64,000 bases of DNA. It comes from an uncultured delta proteobacterium (GTDB lineage: Bacteria; Desulfobacterota; Binatia; DP-6). A model generated the notes under the pieces. The model was given only the letters and a program-made list of their open reading frames with translations. It made no database searches and was not told the DNA's origin. Of the stretch, positions 9,031 through 18,346 are shown piece by piece; position 1 is the first letter of the stretch, and each line of letters starts with the position of its first letter. The stretch spans positions 1-64,000 of the forward strand of contig CAWFFN010000008.1 in assembly GCA_963815115.1 (NCBI GenBank), read 5' to 3'. The position numbers and the translations under genes are program-made.

Positions 9031-11574
9031 TCACGGCGTGCCCATCGCGTGCACGGCCGAGACCGCGAAGGCGCCGTTCTCCCCATGACACACCCCGCAC
9101 GCCTCGACCCCCGCGTCGGTCGTGTTCAGCTGGGCGTGGGCGCGCACGTCGTCGGCATCGTGGCAGGAGAGGCAGGCGTCCTGGATCGGTTGCGTCAGCC
9201 CGACGAGCGTCTCGACGCCGCCCGACACCATCGTCTCGCGTGTCGGCAGGACGCCTGCCGGGAGCGGCAGCAGGTAGGTCGCGTCCGGCGACGTGACGTG
9301 GCACTTTGCGCAATCGCGCCGATCGCCGGGGTAGAGCACGTCGCTGAACTCGTTGGGCGCGTTCCCGAAGCCGTAGATCACGTACGGCGCGTGCTCGAGC
9401 GACGCGCCCGTGTGCAGCTTGTGGATGAAGTGCTTCAGGTCGATCGGCTCGTCGTCCGGATCGGCCCCCGCGACATTCACCCGCGAGACGAAGTCGCTGA
9501 CGCTCGGGTTGTGGCACACGACGCAGTAATCGGTCTGGTTCCGCAGGTTCCCGTGAATGCTGAAGCCCTGCGAGAACGTGCCATGGCAGGCGCCGCACTT
9601 CCCGACGTCGACCACGTGCCGGCGCGGGACGACGGGCGAGCCGTCGACGCTGAAATCGAGCACCGGGTTCTGGACTGCCTCCTCGACGGTCGACGGGCCG
9701 ACCCTGCTGCCCTGGCCGACGGTCACCACGCGCCGCGCTTCCAGGCCGACGCGCCAGGTACCGCTCGCGTCGGCGGGGAGCGCGTTCGCGGCGGACGTGA
9801 CGTAGGTGAAGATGCCGTTGGCATCGGGCCCGGTCAGCGTGCCGGATGCGCCTCCGCCGACCGCGGTCGGCGCGATGAAGGGCGTGCTGCTGCCGCCGAA
9901 GTCGCTCGACGGGCCGCTCATCGCGAATGCCACCCGGTTCAGGCCGGCGAGGTTGCCGAGCGGCGTGCCGGCGCCGTCGGTGACGCGGAACCCGATGGTC
10001 ACGGGACCGCCCGGCGCGCCCGCGGCGCTCAGGATCTCACCCTTGAGGCCGGCAAGCGATGTCGACCGCTCGGGCACCGTGTGCGCGCCCGGGATCGTGA
10101 TGTCGAACTCTTGGCCGGTCGGGGCATGGCAGATGGTGCAGAACGCCTCGGGCTGGGGACCGACGAGGTCGCCCTGTGCGTGATTCGTTCCGGGCGGCCC
10201 GGCCTGCGTCGCCACCGTGCTGGGGTTCACGTCGTCATGGCAGCCGGTACAGGCACTGGCTGACGGCTTCTGGAGGTAGTCGGACGCCGTCGCCCCTTCG
10301 GTGTGGCAGAGGGTGCACGTGCGGATGTCCTGCGGGAACGCGACCCCGGTCGTCGTCGAGCCGGTGCAGGTGCGGCCGGTGCAATCCGCATCGGTCGTGC
10401 ACGTGATCCCGGCAAGCGGTCCGCCCGTGCAGGCCTTCACCTTCTCGGCGAAGACGGTGCTGCCGAAGGAGTACTTCGCCCCGACGGCCCCGTTCACGAT
10501 GCTCGGCAGGTCCTGGCCGCGATGGAGTCGGTGGATCATGTTCTGGAACTCGGCCGAGTTCCCGGTACTGGCGTCGGTCAACTGGTCTGTGTGGCAAAGC
10601 TGGCACAGCTTCACCTCGCGGCGAGTGCCGCCGTGGGCCTCGAGCGGGTCGTGGCAGCCGTTGCACTGCGCCGTGGTCGTCACCTCGCGTACGGTCGTGA
10701 CCGGGCCGCCGGCGGGCACGAAGTCGAAGACGGGGTTGGCGACAAGCATCGCGCCGTCGAAGGGGCGCGTGACCTGCCCACCGACGGTGTGCGTGAGGCC
10801 GGCCGGGAACCCGGCGGGCAGGGTCGTCTCGAACATGTAGGTATACGTCCCCGCGACCGGGTCGACGGTGGCGAGCGTGCCGCCGCTGTCGTAGCCGGGA
10901 CGGGGCGTGTTGTAGTTCAAGTAGCGCGTGAACGTGGTCGTGAAGCCCCTCTCGGTCTCCGCATCGAGCTCGAGGCGCGCGATCGTGAAGCGGACCTGGG
11001 CCTGGTGGGGATCGGACGTCGCCGCGGTCACCGGAGTCACCGGCACGCCAGCCGCGTCGGTGAGGGTGAAGGTCACGACGACGGTCCCGGCCGCGCTCAC
11101 CGTCGCACCCGTGATCTGCGACTGGAGCCCGGCGCCCGGGTTCGAGGCGCGCCCGCCGGGGAGGGTCGTCGTCGTCGGCGCCGTGATCGGCGCCGTGGTG
11201 CTGGTCGGTGTCGCCGTGATCGGCGCCGTGGTGCTGGTCGGTGTCGCCGTGATCGGCGCCGTGGTGCTGGTCGGTGTCACCGTGGTCGGCGCCGTGGTGC
11301 TGGTCGTTGTCGTGCTCTCCGGGCCGAGAGCGCACGTGGACTCGGCGCCGCCGTCGCAGCTGCACACGCCGGCCCTGCAGGCCGCGGGAATGGCTTTCCT
11401 GTTGGCTCTCGTACACCGCCGCTTGGCCTTGCGGTGCAAACCCTCGCAGCTCGCCGCGATGGCCGCCCTGCAGCGGTGGCGACTGCACGGCTTGACGGCC
11501 GCCCCTGCGGTCCAAGCGATGGCGGCGATTCCAATGGCCAGCCAGAATGTCATCTGCGTTCCACGTGCTGGCAT
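9031..11574 (-). CDS. mtrC: OmcA/MtrC-family decaheme c-type cytochrome with N-terminal Cys-rich domain and Thr/Pro linker
   Basis: Ten CxxCH motifs (CNGCH, CQLCH, CTLCH, CTGCH, CTICH, CGACH, CVVCH, CAKCH, CLSCH, CGVCH) in two 5-heme blocks, each after a beta-rich domain; MIHRLH and FIHKLH ligand motifs; signal peptide. Start chosen by GGAG RBS. Confidence 0.9.
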   Translation of the reverse strand: MPARGTQMTFWLAIGIAAIAWTAGAAVKPCSRHRCRAAIAASCEGLHRKAKRRCTRANRKAIPAACRAGVCSCDGGAESTCALGPESTTTTSTTAPTTVTPTSTTAPITATPTSTTAPITATPTSTTAPITAPTTTTLPGGRASNPGAGLQSQITGATVSAAGTVVVTFTLTDAAGVPVTPVTAATSDPHQAQVRFTIARLELDAETERGFTTTFTRYLNYNTPRPGYDSGGTLATVDPVAGTYTYMFETTLPAGFPAGLTHTVGGQVTRPFDGAMLVANPVFDFVPAGGPVTTVREVTTTAQCNGCHDPLEAHGGTRREVKLCQLCHTDQLTDASTGNSAEFQNMIHRLHRGQDLPSIVNGAVGAKYSFGSTVFAEKVKACTGGPLAGITCTTDADCTGRTCTGSTTTGVAFPQDIRTCTLCHTEGATASDYLQKPSASACTGCHDDVNPSTVATQAGPPGTNHAQGDLVGPQPEAFCTICHAPTGQEFDITIPGAHTVPERSTSLAGLKGEILSAAGAPGGPVTIGFRVTDGAGTPLGNLAGLNRVAFAMSGPSSDFGGSSTPFIAPTAVGGGASGTLTGPDANGIFTYVTSAANALPADASGTWRVGLEARRVVTVGQGSRVGPSTVEEAVQNPVLDFSVDGSPVVPRRHVVDVGKCGACHGTFSQGFSIHGNLRNQTDYCVVCHNPSVSDFVSRVNVAGADPDDEPIDLKHFIHKLHTGASLEHAPYVIYGFGNAPNEFSDVLYPGDRRDCAKCHVTSPDATYLLPLPAGVLPTRETMVSGGVETLVGLTQPIQDACLSCHDADDVRAHAQLNTTDAGVEACGVCHGENGAFAVSAVHAMGTP
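11180..11306. repeat. 33-bp coding tandem repeat (about 3.8 copies; TTAPITATPTS linker)
   Basis: Unit GCCGTGATCGGCGCCGTGGTGCTGGTCGGTGTC repeated head to tail. Confidence 0.9.
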
Positions 11575-11632
11575 AGCTTCTCCGGACGTTCGGTTCGCGA
11601 AGTCCCGCTTACTGGGAAATGAGCGCATCGGC

Positions 11633-11648
11633 TGCAAGCGCCGCGCCA
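11633..11648 (-). promoter_or_regulatory. sigma54 -24/-12 promoter of the decaheme cytochrome
   Basis: Minus strand TGGCGCGGCGCTTGCA (GG-N10-GC), about 60 bp before the start. Confidence 0.6.
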
Positions 11649-11934
11649 CGAGGCCGCGTGAACAGCGGCTGGCGAAGGACGTCGATCGCAATCCGCGGAG
11701 TTCAGCGATCTCACCAACCGATGATGGTGACGGGTCCGATGGCCAATGACGAGACGGAGTCAGAAATGACGGCCGGCCGTCAGGACGCTCGTGTTTCCCT
11801 CGGGCCAAGCACAGGTAAGCGATGCAAGAGGTACCGGTCACCCATCTGAGCCGACGAGGACTTGCCGGCGTCTCAATCTCGGTAGTCCGAGAAGTTGTCT
11901 ATTCGCACGCCCGAGAAATGGTTCATCCGGGATC

Positions 11935-12055
11935 CGGGCCGATAGGCGGGCCGATAAGCGGCACGAAGGGGGTATTTGCCCTTTGGTTTTGCCACTTCTT
12001 GCGTACGATCCGTGCGTCCGGCGCGTCTACCAGCCCGCCGCCCTTCCGGAACGAC
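11935..12055 (+). mobile_element. IS91-like element left-end remnant
   Basis: Ends in RRVYQP(R)RPSGT, resembling the YxPRRP start of IS91-type transposases. DNA similar to the reverse complement of 54330-54405. Confidence 0.4.
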
Positions 12056-12404
12056 GGCGATCCACAAGCTCCAGGATGCCGGCGTCGAGCCAGACGTCTG
12101 GAAGATCGAGGGGCTCGACCGTCGCGAGGACTGCGAGCGGATCGTGGCTGCCGCGCGCCGCGACCGGCGGGACGGCGTCGGCTGCATCGTCCTCGGCCGG
12201 GGCGAGAACGAGGCGAAGGTGCGCGAGTGGTTGACGACGGCGGCCGGCGTCCCGGGCTTCATCGGCTTCGCGGTCGGCCGCACCGACTTCTGGGAGCCGC
12301 TCGTCGGCTGGCGAACCAAGAAGACGACGCGAGAGTCTGACGTCGCCGAGATCGCCCGCCGCTACCAGGCGTTCGTGGACATCTTCGAGAGAGCCCGCGC
12401 CTGA
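12056..12404 (+). pseudogene. DUF2090 / IolC C-terminal aldolase-like domain, 5'-truncated
   Basis: LQDAGVEPDVWKIEG...CIVLGRG...GFIGFAVGRT.FW; no native start. Confidence 0.8.
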
Positions 12405-12440
12405 GACGCGATACCAGGCCCTGAGACCTGGCACGTCACG

Positions 12441-12800
12441 TCACCGGCGCTTCGCCTTCGATGCAGGCTTCCGTCGACGCTTCCTTCGGGTCGTCGAGGG
12501 CTGGGGGCTCGCCGAACGGCCGGTGATCTCGTCACGAAGCATCGCGGCGAGCCCGTTGCGCACCACGACGTCGACGCCGTCCCGATACATCTCGACGAGG
12601 AGCACCTTCCCTGCCGAATCGACGAAGTCGACGTCCGCCAATACGATGGAGATTGGAACCCCGTCGCTGGTCTCCCGCAGACGGCGCCACGCGCGACGCA
12701 GCTCCTTGACCCATTCGCCCTGAATTCTCCCCTCGAGCTCCATCACCCACGCCCCGCCCCTCTTCCCAGCCGCGCGGCGAGTAATGGTGATTCTCAGCAT
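12441..12800 (-). CDS. STAS-like (anti-sigma-factor antagonist fold) protein
   Basis: MLRIT...LEGRIQGEWVKELRRAW...LADVDFVDSAG; paralog of 26624..26953. Confidence 0.75.
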   Translation of the reverse strand: MLRITITRRAAGKRGGAWVMELEGRIQGEWVKELRRAWRRLRETSDGVPISIVLADVDFVDSAGKVLLVEMYRDGVDVVVRNGLAAMLRDEITGRSASPQPSTTRRKRRRKPASKAKRR

Positions 12801-12861
12801 GGCCGATCACCTCCTGCCGGAACCTCCGTGCCGCCGTGGCATGGTGTTTTCTGCAGTGCGA

Positions 12862-13314
12862 TCAACGCGTTGCGACGGTGGGGCTCGGAGCATGATGGTC
12901 GGGTGCCGGAGCGGATGTAGCTGGCGATGGATGCGACGACGGCTCGCCCTCCCGGATCCGCGAAGGCGACGCCGCCCTGCGCGTCGCGGATCCTGTACCA
13001 GACCTCGGTATGGAGCTGTGTCGGGTCGTCCGTCGTGACGACGGCGATCCAGCGCGCTGCCGGGAACTTGCCGCTGTTACGCTGCGAGTAGTTCCGAAGG
13101 TCGACTGCTTCCTCGTGTCCGCGTACACCGCAGTGCCGGGGGCTCCGGCGGGGCCGTGGCAGGGCGTGCAGTACTTATCGTACCACAGACGGCCGGCCTC
13201 CGCGTGGACCTTGTCGAAATCGTCCGCTGCGCGCATGCTGCGGGGTGCACCCAGCAGCGCGATGGCGAGTGCGGTCGATGCGCAGGCCGCGATACCCAAT
13301 CGTCTCCTGCACAT
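12862..13314 (-). pseudogene. Monoheme cytochrome c, frameshifted
   Basis: Signal peptide and GRLWYDKYCTPCHG; shift near 13105 into VDLRNYSQRNSGKFPAARW...IASYIRS. Confidence 0.7.
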
Positions 13315-13472
13315 GAAAGGCTCCTTTCGCCACTATCATAGATAGGGCGATCGATGGCCGTCGCGCTTGTCCGTTCGTGCCGCGGATGCCGCCGCGATCC
13401 TCGTGCGCCCGCCCGCGATGCTCACTGCCACCTCGCGCGGTCGGTGGGACCGCGGTACGATAAACGAGGAGC

Positions 13473-14801
13473 ATGGCCCATTCGTATCCGGCCGACCTCG
13501 CGGAGGTCGTCCTTCGCACGTGGCACGACGGCTCGTCGCTGACCGACGAGTACTGCGAGGCGGTGCACGACCACGACGCGCTGCCCGCGCCCGACGTCCT
13601 CGAGATCATCCTCTCCACCTGCTATCAGGCGAGCCTCCTCCGGGAGGAGGAGCGCCCGGTCCGCTTCCGGCTGATCGTTGCGAACGCCGCGAGCTTTCCG
13701 GCGCCCGGTGGACCGCCGCACGGCCTGCACCGACTCCTCTTCGACGAGCCGCGGCCCTTGTCGCACCATGAGCTGCGCCGGCTCGCGCCCGCGGTCGACT
13801 TCCACCGCGCGCTGATCGGTGCCCAGATCGAGCCGCGCGACGGCCTGATGCTGTGGGGTATGATCACGACCGGACCGCGCTGGGTGCAAGCGACGTACGG
13901 CGGACGGCAGCGCTTCCAGCGCCTGCCGGCGAACCTCGTCGTTCGCGTGACGGCACCCGGCCGGGTCGCGGTGTGCAAGGGGCTCGTGACGCTGGCAACG
14001 CTGGTCGGCGGCCGCATCGTGCAGCCGTCGCTCGACATCTTCGACTCCACGTGGCTACCGGCGACGTTCGCCGGGTGGCGCGACGAGCTGCTCGCGCTGC
14101 ACCGCCAGGCGCGCGAGCGCGCGAGCACGCCGTGGGCGGAGCTCGATCCGGGCCTGACGCGGCTCATCGTGCAGCACTCCGTGCGGACCGTCATCGGGCT
14201 CATGCGCAACAGTCACCACGGCGGCACCATCCTCTTCCTGCCGGCGGAGGGCGACGGCTCGATCGAGACGCTCGGCGGCCGAGTCCGGCCCAAATACGGC
14301 TTCGCATCCGAAGAGCCGCGCCGACGATTCCCCACGCTCATCGTCGCGCTGATCAACGCGCTTGCCGCCGCGCCGCCCTCGCACCCGGAGCGGCGCAAGG
14401 TCGGCTGGGAAGAGTACGTGAGCAGCACCGACGGAGACGTCGCGCAGATCGACGAGGCCATCTTCGAGCTGGCGCACCAGGCCGCGGGCCTGGCGGCGGT
14501 CGATGGGGCCGTCGTGCTCGACAAGCGATTCGAGCTGCTCGGGTTCGGCGCCGAGATCGGCGGCGATCTACCGGCGGTGCGCTGGGTCGCACGCGCGCTC
14601 GACGCCGAAGGCACGGCGAAGGTGCGCGAGTCGGTCGAGAGGGACGGGACGCGCCACCGCTCTGCGTACCGGTTGTGCAACTTCGTGCACGACGCGCTCG
14701 CGATCGTCGTGTCGCAGGACGGGACCGTGCGCTTCGTCAAGTGGCACGACGGCGAGGTCACGTACTGGGATCACGTATCGACGAGCGTGCTCGACGTGTG
14801 A
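13473..14801 (+). CDS. DisA_N-type diadenylate cyclase with long N-terminal putative sensor (DACNV-like) domain
   Basis: HGGTIL, VDGAVVL...GFGAEI and GTRHRSA, VSQDG motifs; GAGGAG RBS; no transmembrane helices apparent. Confidence 0.8.
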   Translation: MAHSYPADLAEVVLRTWHDGSSLTDEYCEAVHDHDALPAPDVLEIILSTCYQASLLREEERPVRFRLIVANAASFPAPGGPPHGLHRLLFDEPRPLSHHELRRLAPAVDFHRALIGAQIEPRDGLMLWGMITTGPRWVQATYGGRQRFQRLPANLVVRVTAPGRVAVCKGLVTLATLVGGRIVQPSLDIFDSTWLPATFAGWRDELLALHRQARERASTPWAELDPGLTRLIVQHSVRTVIGLMRNSHHGGTILFLPAEGDGSIETLGGRVRPKYGFASEEPRRRFPTLIVALINALAAAPPSHPERRKVGWEEYVSSTDGDVAQIDEAIFELAHQAAGLAAVDGAVVLDKRFELLGFGAEIGGDLPAVRWVARALDAEGTAKVRESVERDGTRHRSAYRLCNFVHDALAIVVSQDGTVRFVKWHDGEVTYWDHVSTSVLDV

Positions 14802-14984
14802 CCGGCGCACCGAGGAGCTCGCTGGTCGGGTGACGCGCGCGCTTAAGCCGCGGAGGACCACGTCCGTCGGACAGGTGGCGATCGTGACGCCGTCGGCGTC
14901 GAACGGGGCCGGCCGCCGTTCGAGACGATGTGATGCTTCGCCGGGTCGCAGCTGCGCTCGTTGACGCCCAGGACGACCGCGCGG

Positions 14985-15248
14985 GACGCGCGGCGGCATC
15001 ACGAAGAAGTCCGCGGCGGCCTGGATGCGGTGCGAGCGCGCGTCGTCGAACGGGATCCACGCGCGCATTCGGTAGCCCGGCACGTCACTCGGGAACGCCA
15101 CGGATTCGACGCCTGGCTCATACGACTCCAGGCGCGCACGCATCCGAACGTCGCCACGGTCGCGCTCGCCAATAAGCTCACCCGGATCGCGTGGGCCGTG
15201 CTCCGCCGTGGCACCCCCTACCGGCCGGGCCTCCGCGCCGCTGCATAG
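14985..15248 (+). mobile_element. IS110/IS1111-family recombinase C-terminal fragment
   Basis: WLIRLQARTHPNVATVALANKLTRIAWAVLRRGTPYRP; N-terminal DEDD domain missing. Confidence 0.8.
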
Positions 15249-15494
15249 TCCGTCGCGAGTTCCCCACCTCGACTGCGTGAAGTGAGTACGGGGGATGGCA
15301 ACACCGTCGAGACGGCGCGCCCGAGACCCTGACAGACAAAAGCGGTCCTCGAGACTGAACCATTTTCTAGGACGGGCGCGCGCGCATGTCCCATCGTGGC
15401 CCGGGCCCTGAAGTGCCCATCGAGAGGCCGGATACATTTTCGCAGACGGTTGTCCTACCCGGCTCAGGCTTGCTCGTCGGGGCGGACCATACAT
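15249..15494 (+). ncRNA. IS1111-type right-end noncoding region (predicted seek/bridge RNA) and right terminus
   Basis: Typical order of blocks GATGGCAA..., ACCCTGA..., GCGGTCCTCGAGACTG..., TAGG..., CCATCGTGGCC..., GGCCGGATACAT and terminal GGCGGACCATACAT. Confidence 0.6.
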
Positions 15495-15828
15495 TTTTCC
15501 CAGCGCCTCCTTCAGGATGGTCTTGTCGAGCGTCAGGTCGGCAACGACCTGCTTGAGCTTCCGATTCTCCTCGCGGAGCTGGCGCAGCTCGCGGACCTCC
15601 GCCGTGCCGAGGTCGCCGAACCGCTTCTTCCATCGGTAGTAGGTCTGCTCGCTGATCCCATGCTGCCGGCAGAGCTCGACCACCGGCACCCCGCCGTCCC
15701 CCTGCCGGAGGATGTGTACTATCTGCTCCGGCGTGAACTTGCTCGTCCGCATCACCCTCGTCCTCCCTCTGGTTGGGGACCGTGACGAGGCTCTTTATGC
15801 GAGGCGCTGTGGCTCAGGGAAGCGGTCA
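15495..15828 (-). mobile_element. IS3-family left end plus OrfA, interrupted at the OrfA/B frameshift window
   Basis: TG-initiated end (TGACCGCTTCCCTGA) at 15828; OrfA MRTSKFTPEQIVHILRQ...ISEQTYYRWKKRF...EENRKLKQVVADLTLDK ending in GGGAAAAA; OrfB absent. Confidence 0.85.
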
Positions 15829-16056
15829 AGACCACGAGCACGAGCGTGCCTGCAGCGCCAATCACCACCCACGATGCGACAAGCGCTTGCGTTGAGGGCG
15901 GACGACCGGGGTCGGAACCGGCGACGTCCAGCTTGGGAAGCTGATCGACGAAGGGCCGGAAGACTATGATCCGCGGGCATAATCGCAGCAGCGGCAAGAT
16001 CTTACGGGGACTCGCGGTTTCTACGGTCTTCACTCAGTTTCGCTGATCTTCGCTGC

Positions 16057-16161
16057 TCAACCGGCACCAATACCGGCATCGAATCATCGGCGTTCCCCTT
16101 CGCCCCGAGCAAGGTCGGCGCCCTTCAAAGGCAGCGCAGCGCCCGCAGCACCTACCTGCCC
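16057..16161 (+). mobile_element. IS91-like end motif, copy A
   Basis: TCAACCGGCACCAATACCGGCA, nearly identical to 24795-24817, followed by RSTYLP (transposase-start-like). Confidence 0.35.
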
Positions 16162-16177
16162 TTCATGCGTGACTCGC

Positions 16178-17050
16178 TCAGGCTCGCAGGCCGAACAGCC
16201 TCGCGGCGTTCTCTTTGAGGATCAGCGGCCGCACTTCGTCCTTGACGTCGATCTGCGCGAAGTCGGCCAGCCAACGGTCCGGGGTGATCACCGGATAGTC
16301 GGACCCGAAGAGCACCTTGTGACGCAGCGGCCCGTTCGCGTACTGCAACAGCACCGGCGGGAATAGCTTCGGCGACCAGCCCGAGAGATCGAGGTGGACC
16401 TGCGCCTTGTGCATCGCGACCGAGATCGCCTCTTCCTGCCACGGAAAGGACGGGTGGGCCAAGATGATCGGCATGCCCGGGAAGTCGACCGCGACGTCGT
16501 CGACGTGGATCGGGTTCGAGTACTTGAGCCGGATACCGCCACCGCCCGGCAGCCCTGACCCCATGCCGGAGTGGCCGGTGTGGAACAGAGCCGGCAGGCC
16601 GGCCGCCGCAATCACCTCGTACAGTGGGTAGGCCAGCCGCTCGTTCGGGAAGAAGCCCTGAAGGTTCGGGTGGAATTTGAACCCGCGCGCGCCCTTCTCG
16701 ATCAGCCGCTTGACCTCGCTCACCCCACGCTTGCCCCGGTGCGGGTCGACCGAGACGAACGGGATCAGCACGTCATCGTTCGCGGCCGCGATCTCGAGCA
16801 CTTCGTCGTTGGATACTGGAACCTCCCCCGTGTTGGCCTCGCTGTCGACGCAGAAGATCACCGCGGCCATCTTCCGGTCGCGGTAGTACACGGCGACCTC
16901 CTCCGCGTTCGGGCGCGGGAAGTCGGAGCGAAAGTGCTTCGCCGCCGCATCGAGCACGCGCATCGTGATCGGGTCCGGTGCGCTGTTTCGGGGCACCTGC
17001 GCGTGTGTATGAACGTCGATCGCGACGATCGACTCGAGGTCGATGCTCAT
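16178..17050 (-). CDS. Amidohydrolase_2 family, CouO-like (hydroxyphenyl-beta-ketoacyl-CoA hydrolase-like)
   Basis: AIDVHTH, GFKFHP, FHTGHSG.G.G.PGGGGIRLKYSNP, LAHPSFPWQ, DLSGWSPK, FGSDYP. Confidence 0.85.
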   Translation of the reverse strand: MSIDLESIVAIDVHTHAQVPRNSAPDPITMRVLDAAAKHFRSDFPRPNAEEVAVYYRDRKMAAVIFCVDSEANTGEVPVSNDEVLEIAAANDDVLIPFVSVDPHRGKRGVSEVKRLIEKGARGFKFHPNLQGFFPNERLAYPLYEVIAAAGLPALFHTGHSGMGSGLPGGGGIRLKYSNPIHVDDVAVDFPGMPIILAHPSFPWQEEAISVAMHKAQVHLDLSGWSPKLFPPVLLQYANGPLRHKVLFGSDYPVITPDRWLADFAQIDVKDEVRPLILKENAARLFGLRA

Positions 17051-17063
17051 GATCGCTGTTCCG

Positions 17064-18344
17064 CTACCGCAGGCGATAGCGCACGGGCAACCGCTTCACA
17101 CCGCTGACGAAGTTCGACGCCATCCACGTCGGCTCGCCCACAAGCTCGATCCATTCGATTCGATTGAGCAGCTCGTCGAAGAAGTAGCGCAGCTCGAGCT
17201 TCGCAAGTAGCACACCGAGGCAGTAGTGCAGCCCGTAGCCGAACCCGAGGTGCGGATTGGGATTGCGGTCGATCCTGAACGTGCCCGGGTCTTCGAAGAC
17301 CTCGGGGTCGCGATTCGCGGACAGAAAACTCAGAAAGAGATCCTCGCCCGCGCGTATCGTCTTCCCACGGAGCACGTAGTCCTGGTTCGCGGTGCGCATG
17401 AAATGACGCGTCGGACTCGCCCACCGGACCATCTCGTCCACTGCCGAGGGTAGCAACGTGCGGTCGCGTTGCAGGCGCGCGAGTTGGTCGGGGTTCTCGA
17501 GCAAGGCCAGGAGGCCGCCGGCGATCGAGGAGCTGGTCGTGTCGTGGCCGGCAGTGACGATGAGGACGAAGTAGCTGATCGCTTCGTAGGGGGGGATGGC
17601 CGCGCCGTCGAGCTGACCCTGCGCGATGACGGTCGCCAGATCGTCGCGCGGTTCTTTGCGACGCGCGGCGACGAGCGCTTCGAAGTATTCGAAGTATTGC
17701 TGCATGAGGACAATCGGATCGCCTTTGGCCTGCCCTTGAAACGTCGGATCGGCGGACCCGAAGAGCTCCTGCGTAACGCGCAACAGGAACGCTTCGTCCG
17801 CTTCCGGCACGCCGAGGATCGACATGATGACTCGAAGCGGGTACCAGACCGCGACGTCATCGGCGAAGTCGCACTCTTCGTCCTTGGCTGCCATCCGATC
17901 GACGTAAGTACGGGCAAGCTCCGCGAGCCGCGGCTCGACGAGCCGCCGCAGGTTTCCCGGCGAGAACCATCCCTGGGTCATTGCGCGATACGGCTTGTGG
18001 TCCGGCTCGTCCATGTGGACCATCGTCCGCACCAGCGTCACGCTCCCGTTCCGGACCGCCCGGATGCGCTCTTCGATCTCGATTGGCAGCAGCTGATTGC
18101 GTGGACCGCTGAGGAACACCTCGGGATGCCGCGCGACCTCGAACAGGTCGGCATGCTTCGAGACGAACCAGAAGGGACGGTACCCATCCGGACGCGTCCA
18201 CCGCAGCGGGTCGTTTTCCCGCAGCCACTTCAGATTCGACTGCAACTCCGCTTGGCGCGCGTACACGCCGTCGCGCGCAACATCGATTTCACCCGCCGCG
18301 TCCGTCGTGTACCCGAGGTGCTCGGGCGAGGTTCCGATATCCAT
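17064..18344 (-). CDS. Cytochrome P450 (CYP108/CYP153-like)
   Basis: TAGHDTT I-helix, EMVR, FGYGLHYCLG heme ligand; 426 aa. Confidence 0.95.
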   Translation of the reverse strand: MDIGTSPEHLGYTTDAAGEIDVARDGVYARQAELQSNLKWLRENDPLRWTRPDGYRPFWFVSKHADLFEVARHPEVFLSGPRNQLLPIEIEERIRAVRNGSVTLVRTMVHMDEPDHKPYRAMTQGWFSPGNLRRLVEPRLAELARTYVDRMAAKDEECDFADDVAVWYPLRVIMSILGVPEADEAFLLRVTQELFGSADPTFQGQAKGDPIVLMQQYFEYFEALVAARRKEPRDDLATVIAQGQLDGAAIPPYEAISYFVLIVTAGHDTTSSSIAGGLLALLENPDQLARLQRDRTLLPSAVDEMVRWASPTRHFMRTANQDYVLRGKTIRAGEDLFLSFLSANRDPEVFEDPGTFRIDRNPNPHLGFGYGLHYCLGVLLAKLELRYFFDELLNRIEWIELVGEPTWMASNFVSGVKRLPVRYRLR

Positions 18345-18346
18345 GG

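Noticed and set aside
11180-11306. 33-bp repeats as a CRISPR array
   Set aside because: Head-to-tail without spacers, in frame within a Thr/Pro linker; no cas genes.
14568-15755. 395-aa IS3 OrfA extension
   Set aside because: OrfA lost its stop through the IS1111 insertion; the rest is read-through of noncoding/antisense DNA.
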